Assembly: GCA_965649825.1 (NCBI GenBank)
Contig: OZ287695.1
Span: 620,001 to 684,000, forward strand
Length of the DNA: 64,000 bases
From: Penicillus capitatus
Lineage: Eukaryota > Plantae > Chlorophyta
Reading direction: 5' to 3'
The first letter of the stretch is position 1. The number at the start of each line of letters is the position of its first letter. Below the pieces are notes generated by a model. The model was not told the DNA's origin and searched no databases. It was given only the letters and a program-made list of their open reading frames with translations. Position numbers and translations under genes: made by a program. This document shows, in pieces, positions 51,960 to 64,000 of the stretch.

Positions 51960-54900
51960 TCAAACACGCAGGAGCTCAGTGAGCGCCGCCCGGGTTTCAT
52001 CCGAGCACTTGGCGTGGGGGGCGCCGCAGATTCGATCGAACGGAATCCTGTCGCCACTGTCTGTGCTGTTCTTGTTTGCACCGGCTGCTACAAGCATCTG
52101 CCCATACCTATACCTGAGCGACGGTCTACGCAATTTGTAAACCTACCTTCGCCGTTTGCAATTTGCCAAAGAAAGCTGCTACATGGAGTGGAGTTCCACG
52201 ATTGTCTGAAGTCACTGCTTCGATATCCGCACCGTGCTCGAGGAGGATCTTCAAACGTCTCCATCGACACAGCAATACGATACAAGGCACGGCCTCACTT
52301 TTTGAAGCTCGATGTGTCCAGCAGTGGACGTTTCGTGCAGTGGAGTCCAACTGCCGACGCCAAAAGTGTTGATGTTTGCACCGGCTCCAACGAGGATCTG
52401 CATCCCGTCGCCTTACGAGTTGATAACAGAGCTAAGGCGAGATTCTGACCTTCGCAATCTGTACGTGTCCCGCGATTGCTGCTGTGTGGAATGGTGTCCG
52501 ACTGCGTTGATCGAAAACATCGACGTCTGCCCCAGCGTCGACAAGAATCTGCTTGCCGATGGTCCTGAAGAGGGACCATCCGACCAAAGGCGCGATTCCT
52601 ACCTTTACAAGTTCAGTGTATCCTTTTTCGGCGGCTGTGTGCAACGGAGTCCAACCTACATGGCTGGCAGTGTTGATGTTTGCGCCGGCTTCAATAAGTA
52701 TCTGCATTCTGCTGTCTTTAAGTGGTCAAAGAACAAGGGCGCGATTCTGACCTTCGTGGTCTGTATAAATCCCCGGTATACACCTTTGTGCAGTGGCGTC
52801 CCACTGTGTTGGTCGAGAACATCGACGTTTGCCCCGGCGTCAACAAAAATCTGCTTTGCGTCGTTCTGAAAAAGGGACATCCGACCAAAGGCGGGATTAC
52901 TACCTGTACAATTTCACTGTACCCTTTGTCGGCTGCTTCGTGTAGCGCTGTCCAACCCTGGTTGTCGAAAGTATCAACGTCCGCCCCTTCTTTAACGAGA
53001 ATCTTGGTCCAATGGATTTTTAAACAAACAACCGAACGAATACAATGCTGGCAAACCTTCGTGATCTGTGTGAACCCCTTAGCAACTGCATCAAAAAGTG
53101 GAGAAGCGCCGTCGTTGTTCCTGAAACTGTCGAGGTCCGCGCCATTGTCGACGAGATACTTTCGGAATCTCTTCAGCATGAAACTCGACACAAGCGTCGG
53201 ATTTACCTTCACGATGTTGACGTGATTTTTGTTCGTTGCCATTTGAAGCGGTGTCCAGTTGTTGTCGTTTAAGACATCAGTGTCCGCTTCATGATCAAGG
53301 AGAATCTGCTTGCGCGACCGGCACTGCGAGATATGAAAGAGGTCTCACCAACCTTTACGACTCGAGCGCTGTTGAACGTCGCAGCTTCATGCAGAGGCGT
53401 ATTGCCGTTGGCACTCTGGATGTCAATTCCCGCGTCGTACTTGATCAACACCTACAAAGTGCAGTCAATCGCTGAGAATGCGTAAACAAGGGGTCTGTCA
53501 TTTCCCGAACGAGAATCTGCATAGGAGTCAGTCTTTACCTGGGCACACTGCGCGGCGTTAAGCGCAGCAGCTGCATGCAGCAGAGTCGAGCGATCCGATT
53601 TCGGAAGTGACTGTATATCTTTCTCTCCGTAGGTGGCGTTGACATAGAGACCGGCCAAGATGAGGGCCTCAGCGTCGATGGAGTTATCAGTCCGCATGGC
53701 ATGGAGCATCGCCTGTGCAAAGAACTGTCTACTGCTCGACTTCTACGCAGTTTACTTCGACCATATACGATTCCGAGAACAAGGCATAGTGCTTCCGCCT
53801 CTCCTCCAACTTGGCCTGGCGCGTCGAAACGCAGCTCGAACGCTGCGCGCATGTGCTGAAGACGAAGGGTGAATCTCGGATCTCACATCTTGATGACAGG
53901 TGATAGTCCGTTCGATCCAATCGAGGAAGTAGTCGACCCTCGTGTAAACAGCAGGCTCGTCTCCGGAACAAGCGTCGGCGTCGTCCCCCGCGTAGCCGAA
54001 TGACGTGATACCGACGATCATGTCCAGCTGCGGCTTCCCATCCTCCAGTTGTCCGTAAGGAGCGTCCATCAGCAGCAAAGGACCTCCAGAGTCACCTGCC
54101 AGACAGTGTAAGAACATTGCTTGTCAGACGGTGCAGCAGGGATCAGTCCAGATGACCTTTGCAGGTGTCCTCCTGCAGTCCTCCAGCGCAGATCCAGCTC
54201 TTCGGGTCGACGCCTTGGGGTCTTGCTTTGCATTTGCCTTGCCCGACCACGGCGAGACGACCCGCCACCTGCAGCTTCTTCGCGACGACGCCGTCTTCGG
54301 TGAGTCCCCACCCCGTGGCACCGAGATATTGACCCTTGTCCAGGGGAACGTAGCCCGTGCCCAATCGCGGCAGAGTCCCGCCGGCGTCTCTGTCGAGCTT
54401 CAGCACGGCGACGTCGTGTCCATGTCCGACGTCGCCTGTCCACTTGGGGTGGACGTATCCTGCGATCGCATCAAAGACCTGCGACAACGCGGCAGGCGTC
54501 GCTTCCGTCACAGAGTGATTCGCAGCTACCTGGTGTTCTTCCGCCTTCTTGCGGTCGTGTATTCCGCAGTAGACGACGGGCGACAGACCGACGGTGGTGT
54601 GAACGTCGGGGTCCACGCAGTGAGCCGCCGTCAGGACCCAGTCGCGTCTGAACAGCGTCGCTCCACACATGTGGCGGTGAGTGCTACGTTCTCTCAGGCT
54701 GCATGCGTAGGGAAATCTTCCGGGCGGCGCCGTCTTTCCTCTCTGTCAACCGTCGGCCTTGGAGTTTTGCGACAAAAACGTTCGAGCGCTTACCACTATC
54801 TTTCCGAAGATGGTTATATTTGACTCTGAGCTCAAGTCCGTGTTGTCCGCGTCGTCCAAGGCTTCACAGAAGTGACCGTCTCCAGAAGAACATGTTTCGG

Positions 54901-55031
54901 TTTTCCGCACCTAGAGTGTCGAAGGATGCCCATGCCGTCAGCAACAGCGAGTGCAGCGTCAAGTTCGTCAGCGCGAAGAGCCACTTCTTCGAGCTGTGTG
55001 CTTGCGCGGAAGACCGACGGAGCGCGAACAT
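51960..55031 (-). CDS. Signal peptide + S1A protease + ankyrin repeats, type 1, copy G (10 ANK exons + terminal exon)
   Basis: Protease nearly identical to D; catalytic H, D and S intact; three extra ANK exons; ends ..CSDETRAALTELLRV*. Confidence 0.85.
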
Positions 55032-55249
55032 CTTCTCCAACGAGAAATGCGTTTAGATGCGAAAACAGTCAACCTGTCCCGAGTCATCTGCTGTACCGAA
55101 TTGATCTCGATTCAATTCTCGACGTTAAACGGCATCGCCTTTTCTGCCGTGTCTCGCCGTTCACTTCGCCATCGCAAAAATGCGCTCGAGCACTGTCTAT
55201 GGCCGACGGGACCAAAACACGTGAACAATCGACTGCACGAGGCAGCTTG

Positions 55250-56995
55250 TCATTCCTTTTGTCGTCAGTGGGTCACGTCATCTGTCCCATCTCGAGTCAT
55301 CGTCGGCAGTAATCCCTCAGTGCGATCTCATGCTCTGCCACTTCTACTCACATCGGGAACAAAACTCCCCTCGCGTTCAAAACTTCACGTCGCGACAGAA
55401 ACACGGTCGTCATCATCGAAAACACATCTCGGAGTTCTCTCGCGACATGCATATTCTCCATCTTCCTCTCAATCGATGAACCGTTTGAATCGATCTCAAT
55501 GTACTGTCAGAAGCATCTTCCTACTCGAGTAATCCCAAGGAACAAAGATTCTCAGCCATCTGTCAATGATTATGCATGTTTCTGCTTAACGCAAGTCGAG
55601 TTTGGCCCGAGTTCTGCTCTTCTAAGAAACGCAAAGAGTCACTTTTTAACAAGCTGTCATTTCAATCGTCTTTCTCTCCTCGGCGTCTGCGCTCTGCCAC
55701 TGCAGGCAGAAAGTGTCACGAATCTAGGCGTCGCATCGGTCTTCTGCTACATGGACCACGCTCATCGACAAGTTTTCATCGTCCAGCATCGTCAGTAAAC
55801 CAATGTCTGCAGCTCATGTCATGAGCATCACACGTAATGCTTTCGTCTTTTGCCTTCCTCGGTTTTTCGACTCAAAACCCATCAGGATTTTGGCTGGCGA
55901 TGTTCTGAGAACCAAAAGATGCAACGTTCGGACGGCACAGAGTAGGTATGCTCTGAAGGCTATCATACCGATCTGCTTTCTTTCCATGCTCGCTTTGATA
56001 TCCTCAACAGGACTTCGATTGCATCTCTCTACCATCCTGCAGCTTTCTGGTGTTAGCGCTCTCGATGTCGTATGTCGTATGTCATTGTCACAGGGTATCT
56101 CCTGCAAACCATCCTGCGCAAAGCTCGAGCCTTGATCGGTTAACAAAAAAGTCGACTTGTCAAGACGCGTCGCTATCTCCGCTTTCGGTACTGCTTCTGT
56201 ACATTGGCTGCAGTACAATCGATTGCAGCGAACGCCTTCGGTCATGGTGCACAAGTCGATGGAGTTGAGCATGCATTTGCCTCTTCGCCTTGTCAGCGGC
56301 AATGATCCGATGAAATCTGCCGCGAGGACCTCGAATGACTAGACGATAACGGACTATCTCTCGGACTTGCTTGGTCATTAGGTTGTTGACACAGCCGACA
56401 ACTTCGCGCTGTTTCTAAGCGTTCGTCATACAATCTCGGCCATCGCTACTTGAGTGTCGATCGTGCTGTGAGTTTTCCGACGCTTCATGGCCGCCAGCAC
56501 GATGTGACGTCTTCGACGCGGCAGGCTTTCGCGTACCGTCTACAAAGATGATGATTCGACTGTGTGTTTGTCATCTTTGTGTGGCGCGTTCCTGTGACGT
56601 CGTCCATTCAATGCGGAAGAAGTCAAGAAGGAATCGAAGCTCCGTGTTCGCAATCGTTGTGAGACTTCATAGCTTATCTATGTAAGAAACTTGCAGTTGT
56701 GGGGTGGAGATGACAGCAGTACTCAATGTGACATCTACACTGTCTTGCAGTCCAGGTTGGACCGAAACCACCATCTGATCTTTCCGTTGCGTTTGATTGC
56801 GATAAGCTGCTACATACGCACTCGCAAGAGGCAGGTCACCGAATCCTGAAACTCTCTGTCTTCTTCTCGTACGAAGAGCGTTTTGATTAGACACCTCTTA
56901 CGCAGGCGATCTATGTCACGACATCTTGTCAAAGGACGGAATACGAGAATCGCACATGGCACGTGACTTCCGCGCTAACGACGAGGAGTGAATAT
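55250..56995 (-). mobile_element. Second copy of the Ty3/gypsy remnant, co-duplicated with the type-1 gene
   Basis: Colinear with 37850-39600; LLTDQGSSF..MVERCNRS..SPAKILMG. Confidence 0.8.
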
Positions 56996-57640
56996 GTACT
57001 TGCACCACCAACCGGAATGCGCCTCGCAACGAACCACTCCTCTCATCTCACAGGACCGATCGTCGAAGAGTGTCTCGTTGGTCGACTGGCATCGGCAGAC
57101 AACGGACTTGATCTTCTTTTCCGACGAGATCTGACCCTTCCACCACTCGCAGCAATCCTCTATATTGGTACTGTGGCATTGGAAATGCTGCTCTTCGAAG
57201 TCGCCGTCGTAGTCGAGCTTCACACAGAACCATTCCGAACAGTACTTGCCCACGCAACCTGCGAATGTGGACAAGGAGACGAAGACAGAGATCACCTGCT
57301 CCACTCATGCACCCGATTTGATGGCATCAGAAGGACTTACCAGCAAGAACTGTTAACTAGTGAAGGGCAATCTCACTCTCTTTGGAATGCCCCGAGCTCG
57401 CTGGCGGCTTTCTTGGACAACATCGCAAGAGAATGGAACTCACAAGGAAGAAGGTGGTGTTAATCCACATGAACTAGTTTGAGTCACTATGAACAATGAA
57501 CAATGTGTTCGGCCTCTCCTCTGATGTTTCACTTTAAAAGGGGATGTAAGTACCGCCAACTTAATAATAATTCCGAACAGTACTTTGCATTTTCGGTCTT
57601 GCTACGCCGGCACCGTTTCCTTTACATCCGCGCAGCTTCA
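56996..57640 (-). pseudogene. Internal fragment of a Cys-rich gene, split by a LINE and cut before the TM region
   Basis: YCSEWFC..FQC..CCEWWKGQISSEKKIKSVVCRC..VRCEAHSGWWC; colinear with 24512-24800. Confidence 0.75.
57248..57569 (+). mobile_element. 5'-truncated non-LTR retrotransposon (LINE), 322 bp
   Basis: CECGQGDEDRDHLLHSC (ORF2 C-terminal CCHC knuckle), stop at 57463; (TAA)n-like tail; 16-bp TSD ATTCCGAACAGTACTT (57232-57247, 57570-57585); empty site near 24750. Confidence 0.9.
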
Positions 57641-57659
57641 TTGTGGGTTCTCGCATGAC

Positions 57660-58447
57660 CAGTTGTCGATGGCGATCGGTTCGATCGACCTACGTCGCCA
57701 AGAACAGCGTTCTCTGGACATTGGCGTCTGCGACATCGACATCAGCGCTAATGTCGAGCAATACTACCAGGAGTTGGGTGGCTCACCTGAATGGTCTCCA
57801 GATGTCCCTGTGTCGATGCCAGCATCAACAGCGTCGCGACCAGCTGATGACGTCAGATCCATGTGCGATGAGAAGCTGCATACCGTCTGTTCTAGCAGGA
57901 GACGTGTGACGTAGATCAGAGGCACACCTTTACAATATCGTCGTATCCACTTTTCGATTTTGCATGCAGCGCCGCCCGTCTGTTGCTCTTGGAGATTCCG
58001 GTCCACACCGCTGTCGGCGGAATCTGAGTGTACATTGCTCGGCAGCTGTCCGACTGTTCGATTACAGCTAACGCACTTGCAGGAACTCTCTGTCACTGCT
58101 TGGTACGGATCGATACAAGTGAGTCTCTTCATGCTCGTTAACAAAGTGTAACTTGGTCATCCGAGAAACGAAAAGGCACGACAGCCAGAGAGCAAACCGT
58201 GCAACTCAAACCATCCAACCACTCTTTCTTCATTGCTTCAAGCCGGCATGCGCGGAAGCAAGATAAGGGTATTTAAGATGGCGAGAGACTCCAGCGACTT
58301 CATTGATTGCGATATCGTGCACATATGGCCTTCGGTTTTTCCTTCCGTTACGACAGATCTTTTATCCCGTTCGTCCTCATCGAGACTATTGATGCGTTTA
58401 TTTGTAAAGGAAAGGGGTGCTTCACTCAAGTAAGAAAACTGGTCCAC
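57660..58447 (-). pseudogene. Degenerate ankyrin-repeat gene, copy of 24830-25630
   Basis: EETHLYRSV..EFLQ; RAALHAKSKSGYDDIVK; stops and frameshifts. Confidence 0.7.
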
Positions 58448-58717
58448 GCTCTGTCATGACTCTCGAGGAAGATTCGGAGTGTTCTGGAACAGATATTTTT
58501 CTAAAGGCAGATGATCAGAAAGAGGCCGGTCTGCCCACTATCGTATCTCTTACCGCCGTCGATTCGCTCGAGTCAAAAGACGTACGTCTCTGCATACGGT
58601 TTTCGAAGTACGATTCGAGTTTCTGCTGTTGGACGGCTGAGACAGAAGGTTCACGTTCTGCTGGTCTATTATAACCAAAAGACGAACAAGCGAGCGTCGA
58701 AAGCTCTCCGGAAGACA

Positions 58718-60369
58718 ATGAAGATTCCTGTTTCTATCCTTCTTTTTATTTTAGCCGGAGATTTCTCCGTCCTCTGTACTCGCCGTAAGGCATCGACCGG
58801 CGCCGCCACACGGCCAGACACGCGTTCTCCGCGAGGTCAGGCCATGGCGAATTGAGTACCCTCGGACGTGCGAACCCCTACCCGTTGACGACGCACAATT
58901 CAGATTCACCTGTGTTCGACCGAGAGGTAACCAAGAGGCCGCTACCCACACTCTGTCTGCGTACCTCTGCTGGCGAATGTAGAGTACCACGAGTGAAGAG
59001 AGAAGGGGACAGTCGTCCGTGACGAAGCGGGTGAACTACGGAGGCCTCACGGCCGATGCACGCATCCTGGTGTACCCGCGTACATCGTCTGTGTCGATAT
59101 ACGCCCTGCTATTTAGGAAGCGGTCTCCACCATCGAGCGAGACGACGCAAGGAGCCTCGCTGCGTTGATTCGTGCAGGTCTGGATGTCAATGCGACGCAC
59201 TACGAGCCGGAAGGATATGACTACTCTCCCGACGAGATTCCATCGTTGCTGCACTGGGCGGTGGGCTTCGAGGCACTCGAATGCGTCAAGGCACGTCCAT
59301 GCCCTTATCGTTTCTCCCGACTCAAAAACGGTCTCTGGATTGAAGGTCCTCACGAGAGAAGGAGCGGACGTCGATTCCACCACTCTGTGTTCGTTCACAC
59401 CGCTTCACGATTCCGTCCTGATCGATTCGAAGGAGATAGCACAAGTTCGTCCCTGGAACATCGCTTTACCTATGACGCTACCCGTTGCTGCACGAACCGC
59501 ACGCGACAATTGTGACCTTGTCACCGGAGTTCGCCCTTCTTCGCTTTCCGACACCCGGCGGATTGCGCATGTGGATTGTCTCAGCCGCTGTTACCTGTTC
59601 CCTATCAGGGTCTTTGCCTCCTTGACACAGCTGCTCGTCGATGTGTTCAGGTTCTCTTCGCGGCCGGCGCGAACATGGATGCGAAGGACTACTTGGACAG
59701 GACGCCTTTGCATCAGGCAGCCCATTACGGGTACAGCGACATGACAGAGGTCTTGTCCTTCTTCTCTTGCACTCTATCATTTGTATGTAGCAGTTTCTCA
59801 TCGAACGGGGCGCTAACATAAGTGCGATAGACGACAGAGGATGGACGCCGCTGTTTATCGCAGCGGTCTACGCGAACCCTGACGTCGTGGAGGTCAGACG
59901 AAACGACTCACGCTCTGCTAAAGTCATGCCTGATAGGTCCTCATCAGAAGGGGAGCAGACGTCAACGTCAGCGGTGAACGAGGCTGGACGCCGCTGCACT
60001 ACGCAGCGCTCTCTAACGACGTCGACACGGCTCGGGTAAGATCGCCGGCAAACAGGCGTCCATAACGTGCGGTCGAACAGGTCCTTCTCGATTCCGGCGC
60101 AGACGTCGGTGCCAAGGATTACGTCGTGGAGCAGACGCCACTGCATACAGCATCGGCAGAAGGCTGTTTCGAAGTCGCACAGGCAAGACGCATTGCGACG
60201 CGCGATCCTGCGATTGCCTTTTTTGCAGATTCTAGTGGAAGCCGGCGCATCGAAGACCATCATGGATCGTTTTGCCAATACACCAGGCTACTACGTTTGC
60301 TCTTCCGCATTCTTTCTCAAATGCAGTGCCGCAACTCGCGCCGCTCTTGTCGAACTGCTGACTCCTTGA
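58718..60369 (+). CDS. Signal peptide + short linker + ankyrin repeats, no protease (6 ANK exons + terminal exon)
   Basis: Spliced in frame: MKIPVSILLFILAGDFSVLCTR|RHGELS..FDRE|STTSEERRG..DARIL|EAVSTIERDD..SLLHWA..; ends ..CSAATRAALVELLTP*. One 205-nt intron (59446-59650) may hide decayed exons. Confidence 0.75.
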
Positions 60370-61329
60370 TGATCGTTCCCTGGTCTCCGGGATCACGCTC
60401 GGTAGAAGTTGTTTTGAATAAGCCAGTCGCTTTTCGATGCGATCGGACGTCGACACGGGCTTGTTGCAAAACGGTCAAGAGTAGAGTATTCAAGACACTC
60501 GTTTCTGCGTTGTCGCTGCGAAACAAGGCAGCGCGGACAATAGAGTGAGACGAGGAAGCCTTGACAATCGAGTGGCCAGATAGTCGCAAGCGAGATGATC
60601 ACGAAGTCATGCGGATCTCGGTTATCACACACGATATGACGCAAGTGAGATAGCGAGCGAAGGACGACAGGTCCAACAACACGGCGATAGTGTATTACAA
60701 AATAAAAATGAAGTTCCCCCCTCAGATCGTTTTCTTCTTCTGACAAACCTGCAGCACAATGGCAACAAGGTCTTCCCTCCAATACGTTTCGAACGCAGGG
60801 CGGATTCGACGAATCCATACCGTGTACACTCCGCTGGCCATATCAAGAAAGACCGTTCAATAAAACTCTTGCCACGAGCGATCGTACGTGGCTCGTTTTG
60901 TAGCACCCTTGGCAGTCGTCAGGCATTGTCCACTTAGCACTCTGCTCTCAAGCAATACCTCGCGCGAAAGGATGCGTGAATGGACACAAATCATTGATTA
61001 GTTAAAAGCGTTTTGAAATGTCGCTGTCAACAAGGTGTGATGTCTACTCGGACAGTGTGATAATGATGCACAGAGGAAAGGATATCTACCCCGCGACATG
61101 GTCTACAAAGGAAGGGTGAGAAAGTGCGAATTTCTGCGAAAGAGACTTACGGTCGGCAGGCGACGCCTTGCAGTGCGGCGCGGGAGGTAACCCCGAACGA
61201 ACACTGACACCAGATCCGATCGAGGTGCGCGAGGAGAACGGGATGCAACTGGTAGTTGACTACTCGGAGGCATCGCGCGACTCCCGATACAACGGCGCGC
61301 TGCGCGGACATGCAGGTAGGGGGCCCTTA

Positions 61330-61600
61330 ACATGAAAGAAGGAAAACAAGACCCAAAGAACATCAGGAAACAACAGGAAAAGACAAATGCAATGAGGAAA
61401 ACAAACAAAAAACAGTCAAACAGGCACATGCAGGCAGGTGAGGAGGAAAAGGAAAGTAAAAGATGGACACAAAGACACAGGAGACAGGTAAGCGGCAGAC
61501 AGGAGAGAAGCAAGAAAGGACAGAAGGCAAGCAGGGAGAGACACAAGAGACACCCAGGAGGGAGAAGAGACGCAAAAAATGAAGAAAAAACGGTCCTGGG
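61330..61600. repeat. Low-complexity A/G-rich, T-poor tract
   Basis: Strong strand asymmetry with recurring GACAGGAGA / AACAA motifs; no clean repeat unit. Confidence 0.6.
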
Positions 61601-64000
61601 TGTCCGAGAGTCGCACTTACCCCTTTTCGTCGCAGTGTACAACCGCCTGCCTCATGTGCGCGACCAGGAAAGGCGGGCAGGTCGCCAAGGCCCTACCCGC
61701 TGGTGCCGCGAGGGATAGTGCGACGCCGCCGCCGGCACCGTTGCCGCGGGGCGAGGAAGTTATGTGGCATCTCAGTGGTGTGTTGATGAAGCAGTCTAGG
61801 TCCATCAGATCTTGAGAACATCCACATGCTCTGCCAGTTTCTGTCCTCGATCTATAAGTCCATCGCAACTCATGTCTGGAGCAGAGATGGTGATCTTACT
61901 CTTCGTCCGTGGAGTTAGAGGGGAATGTCATGGCTCCGTTGGCAGCAGCATCGGAGAGTGGAGCCACGATCCGATCTTATGGTTCTTCGAGAAGGGGGTC
62001 GAAGAGATTGCTTGGTCCGCGGTGACTGCTCACAGGCTTCTGGTCATCGCTCTCCACGGCTCTTTATCACCAGTAGTGTTGGCGTTTGCAAGATCCAGTC
62101 TTGGAGCATGTGGAGGCCGGTCCAGAGAAGAGTGCTCCAAACAGTGGAAGTCCATTTGCCTAGTCAAGTCCATCACTCCAGCCACATCTGCCTGCTATCG
62201 CACACGCCATCAGCAGGGCACGCTCGATCTCATCTCTGCAAAGACAACAAAACCGTTCAGACAGAACGAGTGTCAATGAATGGACCAACCTGTTGATTGT
62301 TTTCCACAGTTCGAAGTTGTTGTTTCGAGGGAGGAGAAACCATATAGACTATAATGCGTCGACTTCGTAGTCCAAAAGCAGTGGGAATTCTTCGCAGCTG
62401 CTGTGATGGATCGACACTCCTTCTCTAGAGGACTGGGCGACCGAGGAAGAAGTCCTGCCACAACAATCTGTGATTCCTTCGAAAGACCAGGGAAGTCTTA
62501 TCGATGACACCCCTCCTGCAAATGGAGAAATGTGGCCTTTCTGGTCGGATCTCCTTGAACGTACTTTTTCCGCCTCGCTTTGATGCGGATTGCCGCAGTC
62601 GACAGGATCGATTCTGAACAGCTACAGCTTCTTCAGAATGACGAAAGGCTTCCTCTTTTGGCTGCCGTCATGTCTTGAAGGAGGCCATCCAGTCTCAGGG
62701 CACTGAGTCGCTTGTCGTTGACGACATCGATCAGCTGACATCAGAAGGCGGCGTTTCCATGAACCTCACTAGCTGCTTGAGGCCTTGGTACAGTCTTCTT
62801 CGTTCTGAAGGGGCGTGTTGTTTATCTCCAGATAAACGAGGTGCATTCTGATCGGACATCTTGGTCGTCCACATCGATACAAATGCACGGCAGGTGATTG
62901 GATGCATCGGTTTGGAGTACTTTGTGTCCACTGCAGATCCTCAATCCGTCTTGTCTGCAGTGCAATCTCTGCATGGACTGGATCGCGTCGGTTTGGAAAC
63001 CAGAACAGGACTTTCTGCAGAAGATCTGATGACGGATTCCCTGTTTCAATCGCTCCGACAGCGAAAGGCCTGTGCTCCAGAGTAAGATCAGGTCTGGAAG
63101 CACGTTTCTTTGCCGCCATCAAAGTTACTGGCCACTGCCGCTCCTTCTTTGTTGTGCACCATTCGTGTCTCCTCCTTCTTGTTGACGCATCTGCGCATGG
63201 CGAAGTCGATTTCCGTGCTGCTCGTTCGTTGACTGAGCGGTATGAGCTCCAGATTCCCAATGAACGTCGAAGGGATGGAGCTTCACTTTGGTTGAGCTGG
63301 ACTAATGTCGGGTGGTTTCTTTCTGCTGCCCGTTCCAGAACTACACAGGAAAGAGGAATCAGATAGATGCGCAAGAATGAACGGACTGTGTACATGATAC
63401 AACAACCACTGGTAACCCAGAACTGATCTTAGGTGTGTCCCCAGAGAGTGTCGTCTCAAGGCTCCCTCGTTGAGGCAACACCTAGAACAGTATGCTCAAC
63501 AGAGAAAAAAAGGCTCTTTTGATCACACATGTGAAGCAAGAAACACCCGAGGCTGATGGAAGAGCATGCTCGAACGATCAACTCTTCGGGAACTGAGTGA
63601 ATTCTCAGTCCCCTCTCCGATTTGGTCCTCTGATGCCTGTGGTTTGCCGAGAGAAGCTACCGGGATGTCGAGTTCAGGCCATATGTCATCCACTCGATCA
63701 TCCCTGCAGGAGTGGGAAGGTTTCCAGGTGTTCGTCGAGCGAATGGCGATTTCATGTCTCTCATCCAGCAGGGAAATGTCTCCACAGTGAAATCGACAGC
63801 CATGCGAACTGCGAACACGAGAAGGGATCTCTGCAGGTCAGCTCCATCGATGTGTTCATGCAGTCTCACCTTGAGTCCAAACCGTGTGTCGATGCAAATT
63901 TGCTGATCCATCCCTGATCGGATAGGAGTGGTCAGCACAGATCACGAATCTCGATTCCTCTTCGTTCTGCTGGCCTTGCTCGCCTTGGTCTCTTTCCAGG

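Noticed and set aside
61103-61642. 179-aa hydrophobic Cys/Leu/Phe-rich ORF that looks like a membrane protein
   Set aside because: It is the antisense reading of the A/G-rich low-complexity tract.

Overview
Eukaryotic, intron-dense DNA (introns mostly about 45-90 nt); a chlorophyte alga is my guess from an SLT-type sulfate transporter fragment, but this is inference. The window is a tandemly duplicated, rearranged multigene cluster. Main content: (i) seven minus-strand genes that, spliced by hand, read in frame as signal peptide + complete S1A (trypsin-fold) serine protease + charged linker + 7-10 ankyrin repeats, with one repeat per phase-0 exon; (ii) protease-less signal-peptide + ankyrin paralogues (one apparently intact, others decayed); (iii) an intronless family of Cys-rich-ectodomain, 3-TM membrane proteins I cannot assign to a known family (two intact, one without the ectodomain, four decayed or partial); (iv) an intronless tetra-ubiquitin-like protein with a Cys-rich C-terminal domain; (v) BTB genes, a probable F-box/LRR relic and a truncated SLC13/SLT transporter; (vi) retroelement debris: a TRIM-like mini LTR element, a solo LTR, a 5'-truncated LINE and two Ty3/gypsy remnants. 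The best candidate for an undescribed system is the secreted protease-ankyrin family with exon-cassette repeat variation, possibly acting with the Cys-rich membrane proteins. All gene models are manual and untested by transcripts; boundaries of degenerate features are approximate. No rRNA, tRNA or CRISPR array was seen.
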